Of a DNA stretch of 64,000 nucleotides, positions 48,300-60,238 are shown one piece after another (within the stretch, counting starts at the first letter, position 1; each line of letters begins with the position of its first letter). The notes under the pieces are model-generated. The model made no database searches. It was not told where the DNA came from and saw only the letters and a list, made by a program, of their open reading frames with translations. The DNA comes from Phyllosticta citribraziliensis. Its lineage: Eukaryota. The translations under genes were made by a program, and so were the position numbers. The stretch is taken from contig NW_027117347.1 of the NCBI RefSeq assembly GCF_038025025.1, forward strand, positions 1,612,001-1,676,000, given 5' to 3'.

Positions 48300-49211
48300 C
48301 CCGAACCCCATCATCTACCACAACCACGCACCCCTTCTCGACTACCCAGCTCACCCACGTCAGAACCCTCACGTGCAAACCACCCGTGTGGTCTGCACAC
48401 AATAACGACAATGTCCTTCCCCGTCCGTGTTTTGAGGTATATGGCGAGGTCAAATGTGCACCACGTTGCCACGCGTGTGTGTACTGCCAACCAATCCATC
48501 GTCCTACCTGTATTGCACCGCAGCATCAACGCCACTGTTAAAATGCCGGCATTACTGGCGGATCGCCCACACTCTCTCTCCCACGCTTATTCTCTCATAT
48601 GGAGTCAAAAAAACCAGAGACTAGTTAAATAGTAGACAGAACATGGCTCGCAGAGTTCATGTCACTTATCGCTAAACGCCAAAAAACTAAAAAACTAGAC
48701 ATGACAAAATGATGAAAAGATGAAATGCCAAATTGTCAAAATGGTGTGATGACACTACCACATCTCCTGCTTCTATCTTCTACCTTGGCGTCCTCTGCTG
48801 AACGCGCCCGTCTGCGCTAGGTGCTCTATCTGTGTATGTGTATCTACATGTGAAGGTGAAGGGGAGGCGGCGTTGAGCTGGGGGCTGTGGTGTGTGTGCT
48901 TCTTTAGAGAGAGGGAGGGAGGGAGGGAGGGGGAGAGAAGACGGCTACATGTTTAAACATGATTCGCCCAAGGCGTAAGTAATAGACGCTGGAGTGGAAT
49001 GACGAGGGAAGACGACACGAGGCAAGTCTAGGCGATATATCTACTATACAGTACAATAAATACAAAAGGGTAGGTAAGGTAGGTTGTTATTGTCTAGTTT
49101 AATTTTTCCAGGATCTCTTTCTCCTCCTCTATCCCCATCTCCCCATTCCCCCCCTCCTTCCCCTCTTCCTCTCCCCTCCCCTCCCCTCCTCACCCCCATC
49201 AAGTCAACCCC

Positions 49212-52180
49212 TCAAAAACCCTGCCCGCCCCCACACCAACACCTCTCAGCGCCCTCGCCCTCCTTCTCCACATGCACGAGCACCGAATCGAGTTTGCGCT
49301 CGCGCAGAAAAGCCTCGGTGCGTTGTTGCACGTCTGCCGCGTCGGCCGAGCGCGCCGCGACGACGTGCATGACGCCGAGGATCTTTTGGGATACGGCGTG
49401 GTCGTGGGAGTGATCGTGAGAGTGGGAATGAGCATGGGAGGGGGAGTGCGAGTGTGAGTGAGAGGGAGAGTGTGAGTGCGAGTGGGAATGGCCGTGGTGG
49501 TCGTGCGAGTGCGACGGCGTGTGCGAGTGCGAGTGACCGTGGCCGTGGTCCGAACAGTTGGAGACATTGGAGTGGCTATGAGCGTGGCCATGGTCGTGAT
49601 TGTTCGTATGAGCGTGCGGATGGTCATGGCCGTGGTCGTGGTCGTGGCAACCGTCCTCGTCATGTCCATGGCCGCGCTCATGCGCCGCGCCCATATCCTC
49701 GAGCCAGAAACGCGGTGCCGAATAGGACACGACGCCACGAATAGAGTTGATGTCCCTCAGCGTGTCCTTGAGCTGGTCCTCGACTTCCTGCGGGTTGCAG
49801 AGCAGCAGCCTCATGCCGGCATTGTAGGTGAGCGGCAGCGCGCTGAAGAAGATGAGCAGCGCGATGATGCACGACGCCAGCGGATCCCAGCCGTTCCAGC
49901 CGTTCCACTTGGTCAGCAGGGTGCTGATGATGACGGCGACGGAGCCGAGCGCGTCGGCCAGGATGTGCAGGAAGATGCCGTGCATATTCTCGTCTCCGTG
50001 GTGGTGATCGTGGCCGCCATGCCCGTGGGCATGTGCGTGGCCCATGGCGAAGAGACCGACAAAGTTGATGAGGAGCCCCAGAATGCTGACAATGAGCAAC
50101 TCGTCCAATCGGCGTAGCTCATGGCCTTCCCAGAGTCGCTCAAAAGCGTCCAGGATGATCTCGAAACTAACAAGACTGCGATTGTTAGCGGCGATCAAGT
50201 CGACTGTCCGCGGAACTTACATGAGAAAGATGCCGTTTCCAAAACCCGACAGCGTGTCCACTTTGCCGTAGCCGTATGGGAATCGAGCGCTTGCAGGCCA
50301 TTTGCTCATTACTGCTGCAATCAGGCCGACTGCCAGCCCTGCGCAATCGAAAAACATGTGGATGCTGTCTGTGAGGAGACCCAGCGAACCTGTCACGAAT
50401 CCGTAGAATGCTTGGACGAGCATGAATCCCATGTTGAGACTGGAGCCATTAGCAACGCTCTCGACTGGGAAGTAGGTTGACTTACCAACCAAAGTATGCA
50501 ATCCGCCGCGAGTCCTTTTCGACGAGAATGCTGTGAAGTAGCGAGCCAGGCTCACATTGCTTGAGAAGAATCCCAGTCAACCTAGAATGCTTGTCGTGCG
50601 CATGAGGCCCATGGTGGTGATGGTGGTGGTGCGAATGAGAAAGGTCCAAATTCAACCCCTTTTCAAACCGAGTGACGCCATATGTTAGGAGCAGGAAGCC
50701 TAGCTCCACCGCCTGCGCCATCCAAGAGTCAAAGTGATTGAGGAACCCACTGATTGCGCCAACTGCGCAACCCGCGGCGACGCCGGCCTTTTGCGTAGAC
50801 CGAAGGGCTGAAGGCTTGCCGAAAGAGTAAAAGCCAGCAGCAGCAAGGGAAACGGCCAAAGAGCAAAAGACTGTCGAGCTTGTGAAGGAAAGGTTGCCTG
50901 TAATGTTGGACGCCACAAACGTAAGAGCAAACAAGATTGCTCCTGAAATCAGTGTCGTGTTCACATCTTCAGGGGACGCCACCAGTGTGGATGCAGTGAC
51001 TTGAGGGAGATGGTAGACGGCAGCTGCCTTCTCTGGGCTTTCAACGACGGGAGAAAGGCCATTTGCAATGCCCGAGTTTAGAGTAGTTTGGGGCGGAGCA
51101 GAGACACTCCAAGTGATTGGGAGCGGAGGTGGAAAGACCAATATCGACACGGCGAGCGCAAGGTAGCCCGTAATGACCTGGATCAGACCAGTAGAAGCAC
51201 CAAATCCTAGAGCATCGCATAGGAAGCCTAGCACAAGGTAGCCCACAAGTAACCTCTTGTCACTCACGAGCCAACGCAAAGCCGTCAAAGGCCTACGTCT
51301 TGGAGTCTCTGCGGCACAGAGTTCAGATGTAATGGCAGCCAGCAACACTGCTCCTGTCCTGACACCACCAAGCTGTGCAGCGGCATAGAAGGGCAGTCCT
51401 ACACCCAAGACTCGGGATGCGACCTGCTGCAATCGACCCCGACTGCCGTCTTTGCCCACACGCCCCGAGCCACCAAAATTCTTTCGCCTGTCCAAAACTT
51501 GTGCGGAAGGTCTTGATCTGGAGAGGAGCGCTGTGAGGATGAGCGTGCCCGAAGCAAGGGCGCACGCCTGAAGAATGGCTGGAGCGCGAGACGGCAACGG
51601 ATTTGCAGCTGGGGCATCTTCGGAAACCGCTGCCCTTAAACGGTCGGAGGGAGATTCGGCGTGGGTATCATTTGTAGGGTGTGAACATGGCGCGCCAAAG
51701 GCCAGGGGAGCCAGGATGTAGGGAAGCGGTATCAGCAAGCCGGTCAGGACTTGGCGCCAGCTATCATCGGGCCTGTTCAGAGTTAGCGAAAGTAGATGTG
51801 TGCGCATGCTGATACACTGACAATGGGTCTGTCTGGTGGGGAAACCCATAGTCGTCGGCTGGGCGCGTCCTATGGGGAGAAGCAGGACGACCAAGGTCCG
51901 ACTCGCCGCGCGGCCGGAGCTTCGGACGGCCCATGGGAGGCGCGAGACGTGTGGTGTCGAGCGGGTCGAGGGGTTGTGGAGGGCCGTCTTCGTAGAGCGG
52001 CGAGGGAGGATTTAAAGAGCCGTGAGAGCGCGCCTTCTTCAAAGCACCAGGGCCGCTCTCGTTGGTGATGGGCCTCGACGACGCAGGGCGTTCGGGAAGT
52101 AGAGAGTGGCTGTAGTGATGGGCATGGCGGGGGAAATTGTCCAGCGGAAGGGCGAAGGTTTGGCTGTGGGCGGAGGCCAT
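49212..52180 (-). CDS. Cation diffusion facilitator zinc transporter, Msc2/Cis4/ZnT5-7-like, with very His-rich C-terminal region
   Basis: EKDSRRIAYF, GSLGLLTDSIHMFFDC, FPYGYGKVDTLSGFGNGIFL, NMHGIFLHILADALGSVAV, WDPLASC; long hydrophobic N-terminal region. Three GT-AG introns. Confidence 0.9.
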
Positions 52181-52784
52181 GCGAAGGACGGCGCGAGCAA
52201 CGAGCAACGTGGGCGAGTTGGAGGAGAGCGAGGTTGGTGGTGATGGGAATATAGGTTGTAGCCAGTGCAGCTGATAACTCGACCTGAGTGCGGACGGACT
52301 GCGGAGAAGCAACCAACGTCAGGGCCCTCGGGCGCTCAGATCAGAGGGCGGGCCTGGGGATTAGTGGGCAGGGTTGGTCACCGAGAGCAGAAACCATTGT
52401 GATATGTAGATACAGACTGACTGCAGTCGAGTCGGGCTGCCAGGTGTTGCAGCACCAGGGGGGTGAAACGCGTCTCGCGGCCCTGGCCTGCCTGTCACCC
52501 GTGGCTCGACCCGTGGTTCCCGCTGCTAGTACAACTCTGCAACTCCACGGCAGACACCGCTTTCGTCGACGCCAACACCATGGTGGTCGGCGATACCGCA
52601 TAGCGACCACGGCTGGCCCACTCCATGTCTCTCGCTCCCTTTCTCATTGGCTGCGCGACTTGACCCCGTTTTTTGACAGCCGCCAGCCATCACGTGTCCT
52701 CTACTCTACCGTACGGCACTCCCTCCGGCCCTTGTCGTATACCATCAATCCGGTCCTTCCGATCATCTCTTTTCCCATCCATCC

Positions 52785-54296
52785 ATGGACTGGCTAATTG
52801 CTCTCCTTGGCGTCTTTGTGCTTGCCGTCGTGTCCCTGCTCCTGCTGCAGCCGACTCGCTACTCTGCCGCCAAAAATGACACCAAAAGAATCCAAATCGT
52901 TGTCCTTGGAGACATTGGCCGTAGCCCGCGCATGCAGTATCATGCCATGAGTCTGGCCAGACTCGGCTACGCTGTTGACATCATTGGCTACAAAGGTCTG
53001 CACCTTCGCCTTTGTATGATGGCTTGGAAGCTAAAACAGAATCCAGAATCTGATATTCACCCGGCACTGGACTCAGACAAAAGGGTCCACATAGTCCCAA
53101 TTCCGCCATGGCCCAGAAAGTGGCAAACCGACGACCGGAGGTTGTTTGTTCTCATGGCTCCCCTGAAAGTCATTTGGCAGACGTGGGGTCTGTTTGCGGC
53201 CATGTCGTATGAGACACGTCCGGCGCGATTTGTGTTGGTACAGGTAATACCTCTTCAATCTTGCTCTCGCATTGCTGTCGAGGAGACAAAAAGGGAACAG
53301 TACCCCTGATGCCCCCTGCCAAGCTGTCCCCATGACAATTCCAGGGCTGACACTATCCAGAATCCACCGTCGATCCCGACTCTGCTTGTCGCCCGAGTCG
53401 CCTGTATTCTCCGGAACACTGCATTCTGCATTGACTGGCACAATTTTGGCCACTCAATTCTTGCCCTGAAACTTGGACAATCGCACCCGCTGGTCCGCAT
53501 CTCGCAGTTTTACGAGTACGCCGTCACCAAAGATGCTCCCATCAACTTCACCGTCACGGCCGCCATGGCGCGTGTACTCCGGGAAAAACATGGTCGCACC
53601 GGTGTGATCCCGCTTTATGACCGTCCGCCAGCACACTTTCAGCCTTGTGCTTCTGCTACTGCCCGAAGAGAAGGGTTTCTTTCCCTTGCCAGGCAGCAGA
53701 ATTGGCCAATCGACTTTCCATCCTCCACGCCCCCAAAAGTCATTGTTTCTTCCACAAGCTGGACTCCTGACGAGGACTTTTCGCTGCTACTTAGTGCCCT
53801 TTCTTCCTACAGCACCACGGCCAAAACCACGTCCCTCCCACCCGTCATTGCAATCATTACCGGGAAAGGTCCTCAAAAAGACCTCTACCGTGACAAAATC
53901 GCAAAGATGGAAAAGGATGGCCAACTCTCGCACGTCCGCATCCTTACTGCTTGGCTTTCGATCGAAGACTACGCAAGCCTCCTCTCATATGCTGACCTGG
54001 GTGTATCATTGCACACGAGTAGCTCTGGTGTTGACTTGCCGATGAAAGTGGTCGACATGTTTGGTGCAGGGCTGCCCGTAGCGGGATGGGACCGCTTCGA
54101 GGCATGGAGTGAGCTCGTGGAGGAAGGTGTCAACGGGAGGGGCTTTGGAAGTGCAGAAGCACTGGGAGAACTGTTGGCGAAGTTGATGAGTGATGATGGA
54201 AAGCAGCTGCAAAGGCTGAGAGAGGGTGCTGAGAAGGAAACGCAGCGCAGGTGGGATGAGGAGTGGGATGAGAAGGCTGGTAGGATCTTTGGATGA
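52785..54296 (+). CDS. ALG1: Chitobiosyldiphosphodolichol beta-1,4-mannosyltransferase
   Basis: N-terminal TM segment, VVLGDIGRSPRMQYHA, VQ|NPPSIPTL, IDWHNFG, LYDRP, SSTSWTPDEDF, SLHTSSSGVDLPMKVVDMFG. Two introns. Confidence 0.96.
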
Positions 54297-54505
54297 GAAC
54301 CACAGTCTCCAGTAAAAATTGATAGTGAATCATTTCAGCAGAGTCAAGTTGATTCTCCAGGACTGCCGGGTTGCCGATTCGGGCAAAAGGCCCGTGCATC
54401 TCGGCTGGAGCTCGGACCACCTGGACGCCCCAGGCACGAGTGACGCGGGCCTCGTCGCGTCTCCAAACATTTCCTTGTCCCCAAATCATCACACCCACCT
54501 TCGCC

Positions 54506-57159
54506 ATGCACGAGGCAATCACTCTCAACGTCTGGCCTTCGACAATCAACTGCTTGAGCTGGTCGCAAGATGGCAACATTGCAGTGGCTGCCGGCGAGAC
54601 TGTTGAACTGCTGGTAAGCCGTCTCCCCCGAACCATGGCCAGCGCCTAACGCCAACAGATTCCCATATTGCATTCTGACACCGAAGCGATTCAATCTACC
54701 CAACACTGGCACAATGTCCACATCAAGACCAATCTCTTCGCCTCGACCGAAGTTCCCACCTTGGATCCTCTCGGTTTCCGCGCAGTGTCGTTTGGAGAAG
54801 AGTTGTCGTTGAGCGATGTTATCGGGTTGGATTGGTCGCCCCCCGGCCTCGCAAAACACTCCAAGTGCGCACTTGCTGTGCTGACCTCGAACCTGACACT
54901 ATCGCTTTGGGCCTCCGACTCGGACTTTAAGAATGGGCGCAGCTGGAAGCGCCTTTTCATTTTCAACCATGCCTTGGACCGATACTGGCAAAAACTAGAC
55001 AATGGCGAGCACAAGGTAGGTGGACTCGACTGGGAGACTCGACGCAGAACGAGCCGGCGCGTCAGGTCCTTTGCCTGGAGCCCACGCGTGCGGCCACAGA
55101 CGGAATCAAGCCAGTCCGTCAAGGACAGTCAACTGCCAATGAGCGGCTTCTTCCTCGCTGTATCCAATGATGCCAATGAGATTGTGATTCTCAGGGTACA
55201 GTCACCTTTTGACTTTTTCAGTCCTGTCGTTTCTCGTTGGTCAGCACACGTCGCCGCGCATTGCAGCGTTGCGCCGCAGATTCAGCTCAAAGTAGACCCG
55301 CCATTCACCCTGTTAGATGAGCATCTTGATGAACAGCGCTATGCTACCAACCTTGCATGGAGCCCTTGGAGTCTTGATGACAAAGAAACCGCCGAATCAC
55401 TTTTGGCCTTTACGACCAACAAGTCGCTGCATATCCGCCGTGTCCGCATGGGCGCATACTCGTTCGACATTTCCATCAGTGCAGAGGATGCATTTGTAGA
55501 TGAATCTGTGGGCACCAGGCTCGCTCACATCGTCCAATGGGCCCCAAGAATTGAGAAACAGACTGCTCATCTTGCCGTATTCTCTCAAAATGGCCTCTTT
55601 TGTTATGAAATTTCTCTTCAGGACACCCTGTCAGTAAACGTCTCAAGGCACAATCTCGACGACAGATGGGACATGATTACCGGTGAGTCGAGAACGGGTC
55701 TGAATTTGTGCAACTATGCCTCTCTTGTTCCTTCTGACTACTAAAAACACACAGGATGTGCCTTCAACAAGCTTGACACAGGAGAGCTTCGAGCTCAATT
55801 TGTGTCTCAGCTCTCTGCTACATCCGCTCCAACGACTGCCTTGACAGTTCCAATAAAAGATAACACCAAAAGGAAGCCATCTCCGTTCCAAAGGAGCATC
55901 GTGGAGAGTAGAAACCTCTTTGGTGCCGAAAACGAGCTCGGCGATGCCGTTCTAACGAAAACTTGGGGTCTGTGCGCTTCGCCCATGGGCGAACTCGTTG
56001 CATCTGCTGTCTGTTTCCACCCTAGCGACATGGTCGAATACACCATCTCAGCTGCCTCACGGACTGAGATCGGTATCCATCCCTTCAGGGACAATCGAGG
56101 TGCATTTTCAATGCCCGAGAATGCGGGCATGTGCCCAATTGATGGTAAGTCTTGTTGCTTGTTCAACATCCAACTCTAACGGCAAGCAGATTTGAGCGCA
56201 GAAGTAATCCTCTTCAGTGCCAAGAGCTGGCTGGAAGAGAATGTGGAAGCAAAGGTCGAGGAGAGCAGTGCTCGCCAGGTCATTATGGACCAACTCGCAA
56301 AGACTTTGGGCCTCGATGAGTCGAATGCATCCGAACCCTTTGCTTCACTGGCTCTGTCAGCAGCAGGTGGTCGAAATCTCAGCCTCAAAGACGAAATCAG
56401 CCTCGTTCAGGAACTGAGGCGCCACATTTACTTTGACCACGACCAAATCCAACGACGATACGGAAGACTTTTGACGCACTTTTTCAACCCCAAGCAGAGG
56501 AATCAGTACGATGATGCTCCAACGGTTCTTCATCTCATCAATCAGGTCCTCAGCATGCTCAAAGCATACTACGTGGACAGCACTACAAGCCAAAAAATAC
56601 GTGCAGTCTACTCCGAGATGAGGACGTGGCTGGGCGACTCCGAGACCGTCAATGCCAATGATGCTGCAGCAACTTCAGAAGCCACGTATGTGGAGCGATG
56701 CGAAATTTGCGACGAGGACATCAAATTCGAGAGTTTTGACTGGGCGAGGTGCTCCCAAGGACACGAATTTGGTGCGCATCCACGAAACCATTCACTCGGG
56801 ATCATGCTGACATCATGACAGTGCGTTGTTCTCTGACATTCCTGGCCATTCAGGCTCCCGGAATCTCCAAGCTCTGCGGAATATGCGGCAAGCGCTTCCT
56901 CAGCGAGCATCACGCCCTCAAGTTGGACACTGTGCTGGATGACGAGGCAAATGGAAATGGTCAATCTCAAGGTACGCATGACCTTTGCAGCGTCCCTGGC
57001 CTCGATACGACCGGCGAGGGCGACTCTTATTTAGTGCTCGAATCTGACAAGCAAGGAGCAGGGGCAAGAGAGCAGGAGCGGCAGCCGGTGACGTTGGTTC
57101 GCCTCCTTTTTGCAGCCTGCAACGTCTGCATCTACTGCGGAGGGAAATTTGTGGGTTAG
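54506..57159 (+). CDS. Transcription factor IIIC subunit (TFIIIC-delta/90 kDa type with C-terminal zinc finger)
   Basis: WPSTINCLSWSQDGNIAVAAGE; WSPPGLAKHSKCALAVLTSN; C-terminal CEIC...ARCSQGHEF|VRCSLTFLAIQAPGISKLCGIC...CIYCGGKF. Four introns. Confidence 0.85.
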
Positions 57160-57419
57160 ATCGGGGCTGCAAACAGATGCCGGAGAGATGAGAAGAATGT
57201 TGTTCATTCTTAGGGCTCGCCCTTGCAGCATCCAAAATACATGCGAGCATCAGCCGAGCATCGACGGGAACATTAGGTCAACTTGCTCTTTTGTTTGGCA
57301 CCCTCTCCCCGGCCAAATCGCATTGTTGTGATCTTGCATTGGCGCTTTTGTTGGTACTAATCACTCGTTGAAAGGAGGGTATTTGACAGGTCTGGTGCAG
57401 GTGCCTTTTGGCAACCACG

Positions 57420-59597
57420 ATGAATTACGAGCCATTGCGCCTCTCTGGTTCGCCGGCCAAGTCGACAAGAATCGTCGAAGGTCCCTCCAGTCCGACAAAG
57501 TCAATCAGCCTCGACATGGATGAGACGTCTCCCGTTGAAACGGATTTTCTAGCTGGCACTGGATCGGCGCGGCGCACCAACTTTTTCGACGACAGCTCCA
57601 TCGACGAGCTCGAGAAACGAGAGTCCCTCAGCTTGTCACTCAATGACCCGCGAAAGACGACACCGACAAAGACGAGTCGAAGAAACAGCCTCACGCGCAA
57701 AGCGGTCGACTACCTCGGAGCTCGGTCGGACGATTACAACTACGCCTGCGGTAGCGATGACCAGAAAAAGACCGACACAGGAGGGAGTTCGACGCCCATC
57801 ACAAGAATCATCCATGATTTGAACAGATCCTCTGGCATTTCTTCCATACATGCACCGTCGGTTGGAGCGAGCAAAGAGAATTTAATTGACAAACATGGGC
57901 AGCAGCCAAGCCATCCAGAGACTGGAACGGAAATGAGAGCAGGTTCGGCCGGCTACGACAACAAGTTTAGAATATCGGCAGCCTTTGAAGACGATCCATC
58001 CACGGAGCTGCAGACTTTGGACTCGAAAACAGACGACAGGATCCTGGGCGTGCACGCCATCACACTGCAAGCTCTGTTGCGAGACGAGGAGGCATTGAAT
58101 GCCAGTGCGAGCGCAAGCACTCGCGGGAAGAGCGTCAGTTCAGAACTGCCTGGCCTCAAAACAGACCCCGCGCTCACCACTCCGCGAACCGATTCGGCCA
58201 TGCTTCCCACGGGCGCCTCGCAGCAGGATTGCTCGCCTCCGCAAGAGAAGAAGAAGGTTCTGCTCGTGCCTCCACATATAGACACGACTGGACAACCTCG
58301 AACGAAGCACTTCAAACCCAAAACACCGTACCCCTTTTACCACCGCAAAGGAAACGCTCTTTTCAGACCGAGTCCCCTCTCTGCCGAGCCGGACGATCAA
58401 TTCTCGCCAACTGATTCGCCGTCGCGCCAAGTGGTGCTTGAAATCCGCCTCCGTCGCCGCGAGGGCGTCTACGCTCCGCGCGTTTCCCGCATCACCATCC
58501 CCAGCGCGGCTCAACTCGCCCAGAACAACGACCAGGAAAGCGAAAAGCATGCGACTCCGTCGTCGTCATCGTCATCCCTTGCCGGCCGGATGAAGAGCAC
58601 CTCTTCTCCTGGCCCAAGCCACCCTTTTACTACTGATGCTTCCCTCGCCGATGCTCTCCGCACCGAATACGCCCACCTCGCCGGCCCGTGGGCCATTCGC
58701 GTCTTCTCGGCGCGCACGCTGCGCCGCATGGATGTCGTAGCACCGCCATCCGCGGGCGCGGCGGCGGGGGGAGCTGGACACATTCGGTTGGCGGGAACAG
58801 AGCTGCTGCGGCTAGTCAGGCGGCCGAGCAGCGGCAAGAGAGAGTCGTACTGGGTCAATTGGTGCGTGCGGGTTGCAGAGAGGGTCAGATTGGCCACGGC
58901 AGGGGCGGCAGGGCGTAGCATGAATTCGATGCGAGCAGGCGACGCAGCAGCAGCAGCGGACAGCGGCTTCAGCGCCCTCTCGCTCCACAACCAGCGGCGC
59001 TGGAGCACGGGGACGCCGCGCACGCCGACGCCCGGCGGCGGCGGCTTTGCTGTCGTTGGAACTGGAGCTCGCAGAACGCCGCCGAGCAGGGCCAGTTCGG
59101 GCGTCTTTGCCGGCGGCAGCTCTGCGACTTGGGACCCGGCGGACCAACAGCATCATCAACACCACCTTCACGTCGAGGGCGCGCGGGACCGCGCCCCGTC
59201 GCACTCGCACGGCTACCGCTACTCGATCCTCTCGCCGCACAGCAGCACGGCGGTCGACGGCGGCGCAGCGTCAGCAGCGGAGCGCGGCGCGCTGGCGTCC
59301 GCCTCGTCTCCGCCTCCCGAGGACGCCGCTGGCGGCGACGAGCAAGTCACGGCGCTCACGGTCGAGTTCGTCGAGTCGTGGAGCGGGCTGCGCATCGCCG
59401 TGGCGCTGCTGCTCGTCCTGGTGCTCGCGCTGGCGGGCATTGCGCTGTGGACGGTGCTGGGCAAGGGCGTCATGGCGGCGGGGTGGCAGGGGCAGGGGGC
59501 GAGGGTCGGCACGGGGGTGCTTGTGGGCGGCGTGGTGTTGATGGTGGGCTGGACGTTGGTTGGCGCGTGGATTGGTGCCAGTTGGTGTGTCGTCTGA
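57420..59597 (+). CDS. Hypothetical protein, disordered N-terminus and two C-terminal transmembrane helices
   Basis: Uninterrupted ORF of about 725 aa; TVEFVESWSGLRIAVALLLVLVLALAGIALWTVLG and RVGTGVLVGGVVLMVGWT hydrophobic segments. Confidence 0.75.
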   Translation: MNYEPLRLSGSPAKSTRIVEGPSSPTKSISLDMDETSPVETDFLAGTGSARRTNFFDDSSIDELEKRESLSLSLNDPRKTTPTKTSRRNSLTRKAVDYLGARSDDYNYACGSDDQKKTDTGGSSTPITRIIHDLNRSSGISSIHAPSVGASKENLIDKHGQQPSHPETGTEMRAGSAGYDNKFRISAAFEDDPSTELQTLDSKTDDRILGVHAITLQALLRDEEALNASASASTRGKSVSSELPGLKTDPALTTPRTDSAMLPTGASQQDCSPPQEKKKVLLVPPHIDTTGQPRTKHFKPKTPYPFYHRKGNALFRPSPLSAEPDDQFSPTDSPSRQVVLEIRLRRREGVYAPRVSRITIPSAAQLAQNNDQESEKHATPSSSSSSLAGRMKSTSSPGPSHPFTTDASLADALRTEYAHLAGPWAIRVFSARTLRRMDVVAPPSAGAAAGGAGHIRLAGTELLRLVRRPSSGKRESYWVNWCVRVAERVRLATAGAAGRSMNSMRAGDAAAAADSGFSALSLHNQRRWSTGTPRTPTPGGGGFAVVGTGARRTPPSRASSGVFAGGSSATWDPADQQHHQHHLHVEGARDRAPSHSHGYRYSILSPHSSTAVDGGAASAAERGALASASSPPPEDAAGGDEQVTALTVEFVESWSGLRIAVALLLVLVLALAGIALWTVLGKGVMAAGWQGQGARVGTGVLVGGVVLMVGWTLVGAWIGASWCVV

Positions 59598-60238
59598 ATG
59601 GCTCGCGGTTGCACTTGGTGGGCGGCATCTTTTTGTCTTGGGTGGTGTTGCGGCGTTGTGTGGTGGGCTGATGATGTTGAGGTTCTAATTCTGGTGATGT
59701 ATATGCGCGGTTGGTGAGCAATCGATTTCTGGGTCCGTCTTTGGGTGCATTTCGTCGGAGAGGAATTCAAAGATTTTCATGCCAGCTTGATGTTGCAAAA
59801 GGGGTTGAGGTTGAACCCTTGTGTCGTTTTACAGCGGGTCAGCCTGTCAACCATGAGAGCGTGATAGGCGAGATATAAATGGCAGCCGTCAAATGATAAC
59901 CAATGTAGCGTGTGTGTGTGGATAGAGTTTGGAGTCTGGGACGTTGAGCGCCGGCGTTGACCCCTGCAGCGCTTGGCTTGGGGGAGCTCGGGTTCGGCCG
60001 TCACGTCCACGGCCATGGCTCTGGACAGCTAATCCATAAACTCGCATCGCCTCGTCGACGTCGTCTCTACACTCCTCCGACGTTTCCTCGCCAGAGCATG
60101 TCCTGTCCGCCGACTCTCGTTTAGCCAGTCACCGTCCGTCTACTGGTCTCCGATTCCCACAGGCCACTTTGCCCATCCGCATCCGCATCCGCACCCGCAT
60201 CGCATCGCATCCCAGTCCCAAAACTTCCGCTCACCACC

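Noticed and set aside
53031..53047. Two nearby acceptors in ALG1 intron 1 (ACAG/AATCCAG)
   Set aside because: The proximal AG is too close to the branch site and leads to an immediate stop; the distal AG gives the expected protein, so this is ordinary.
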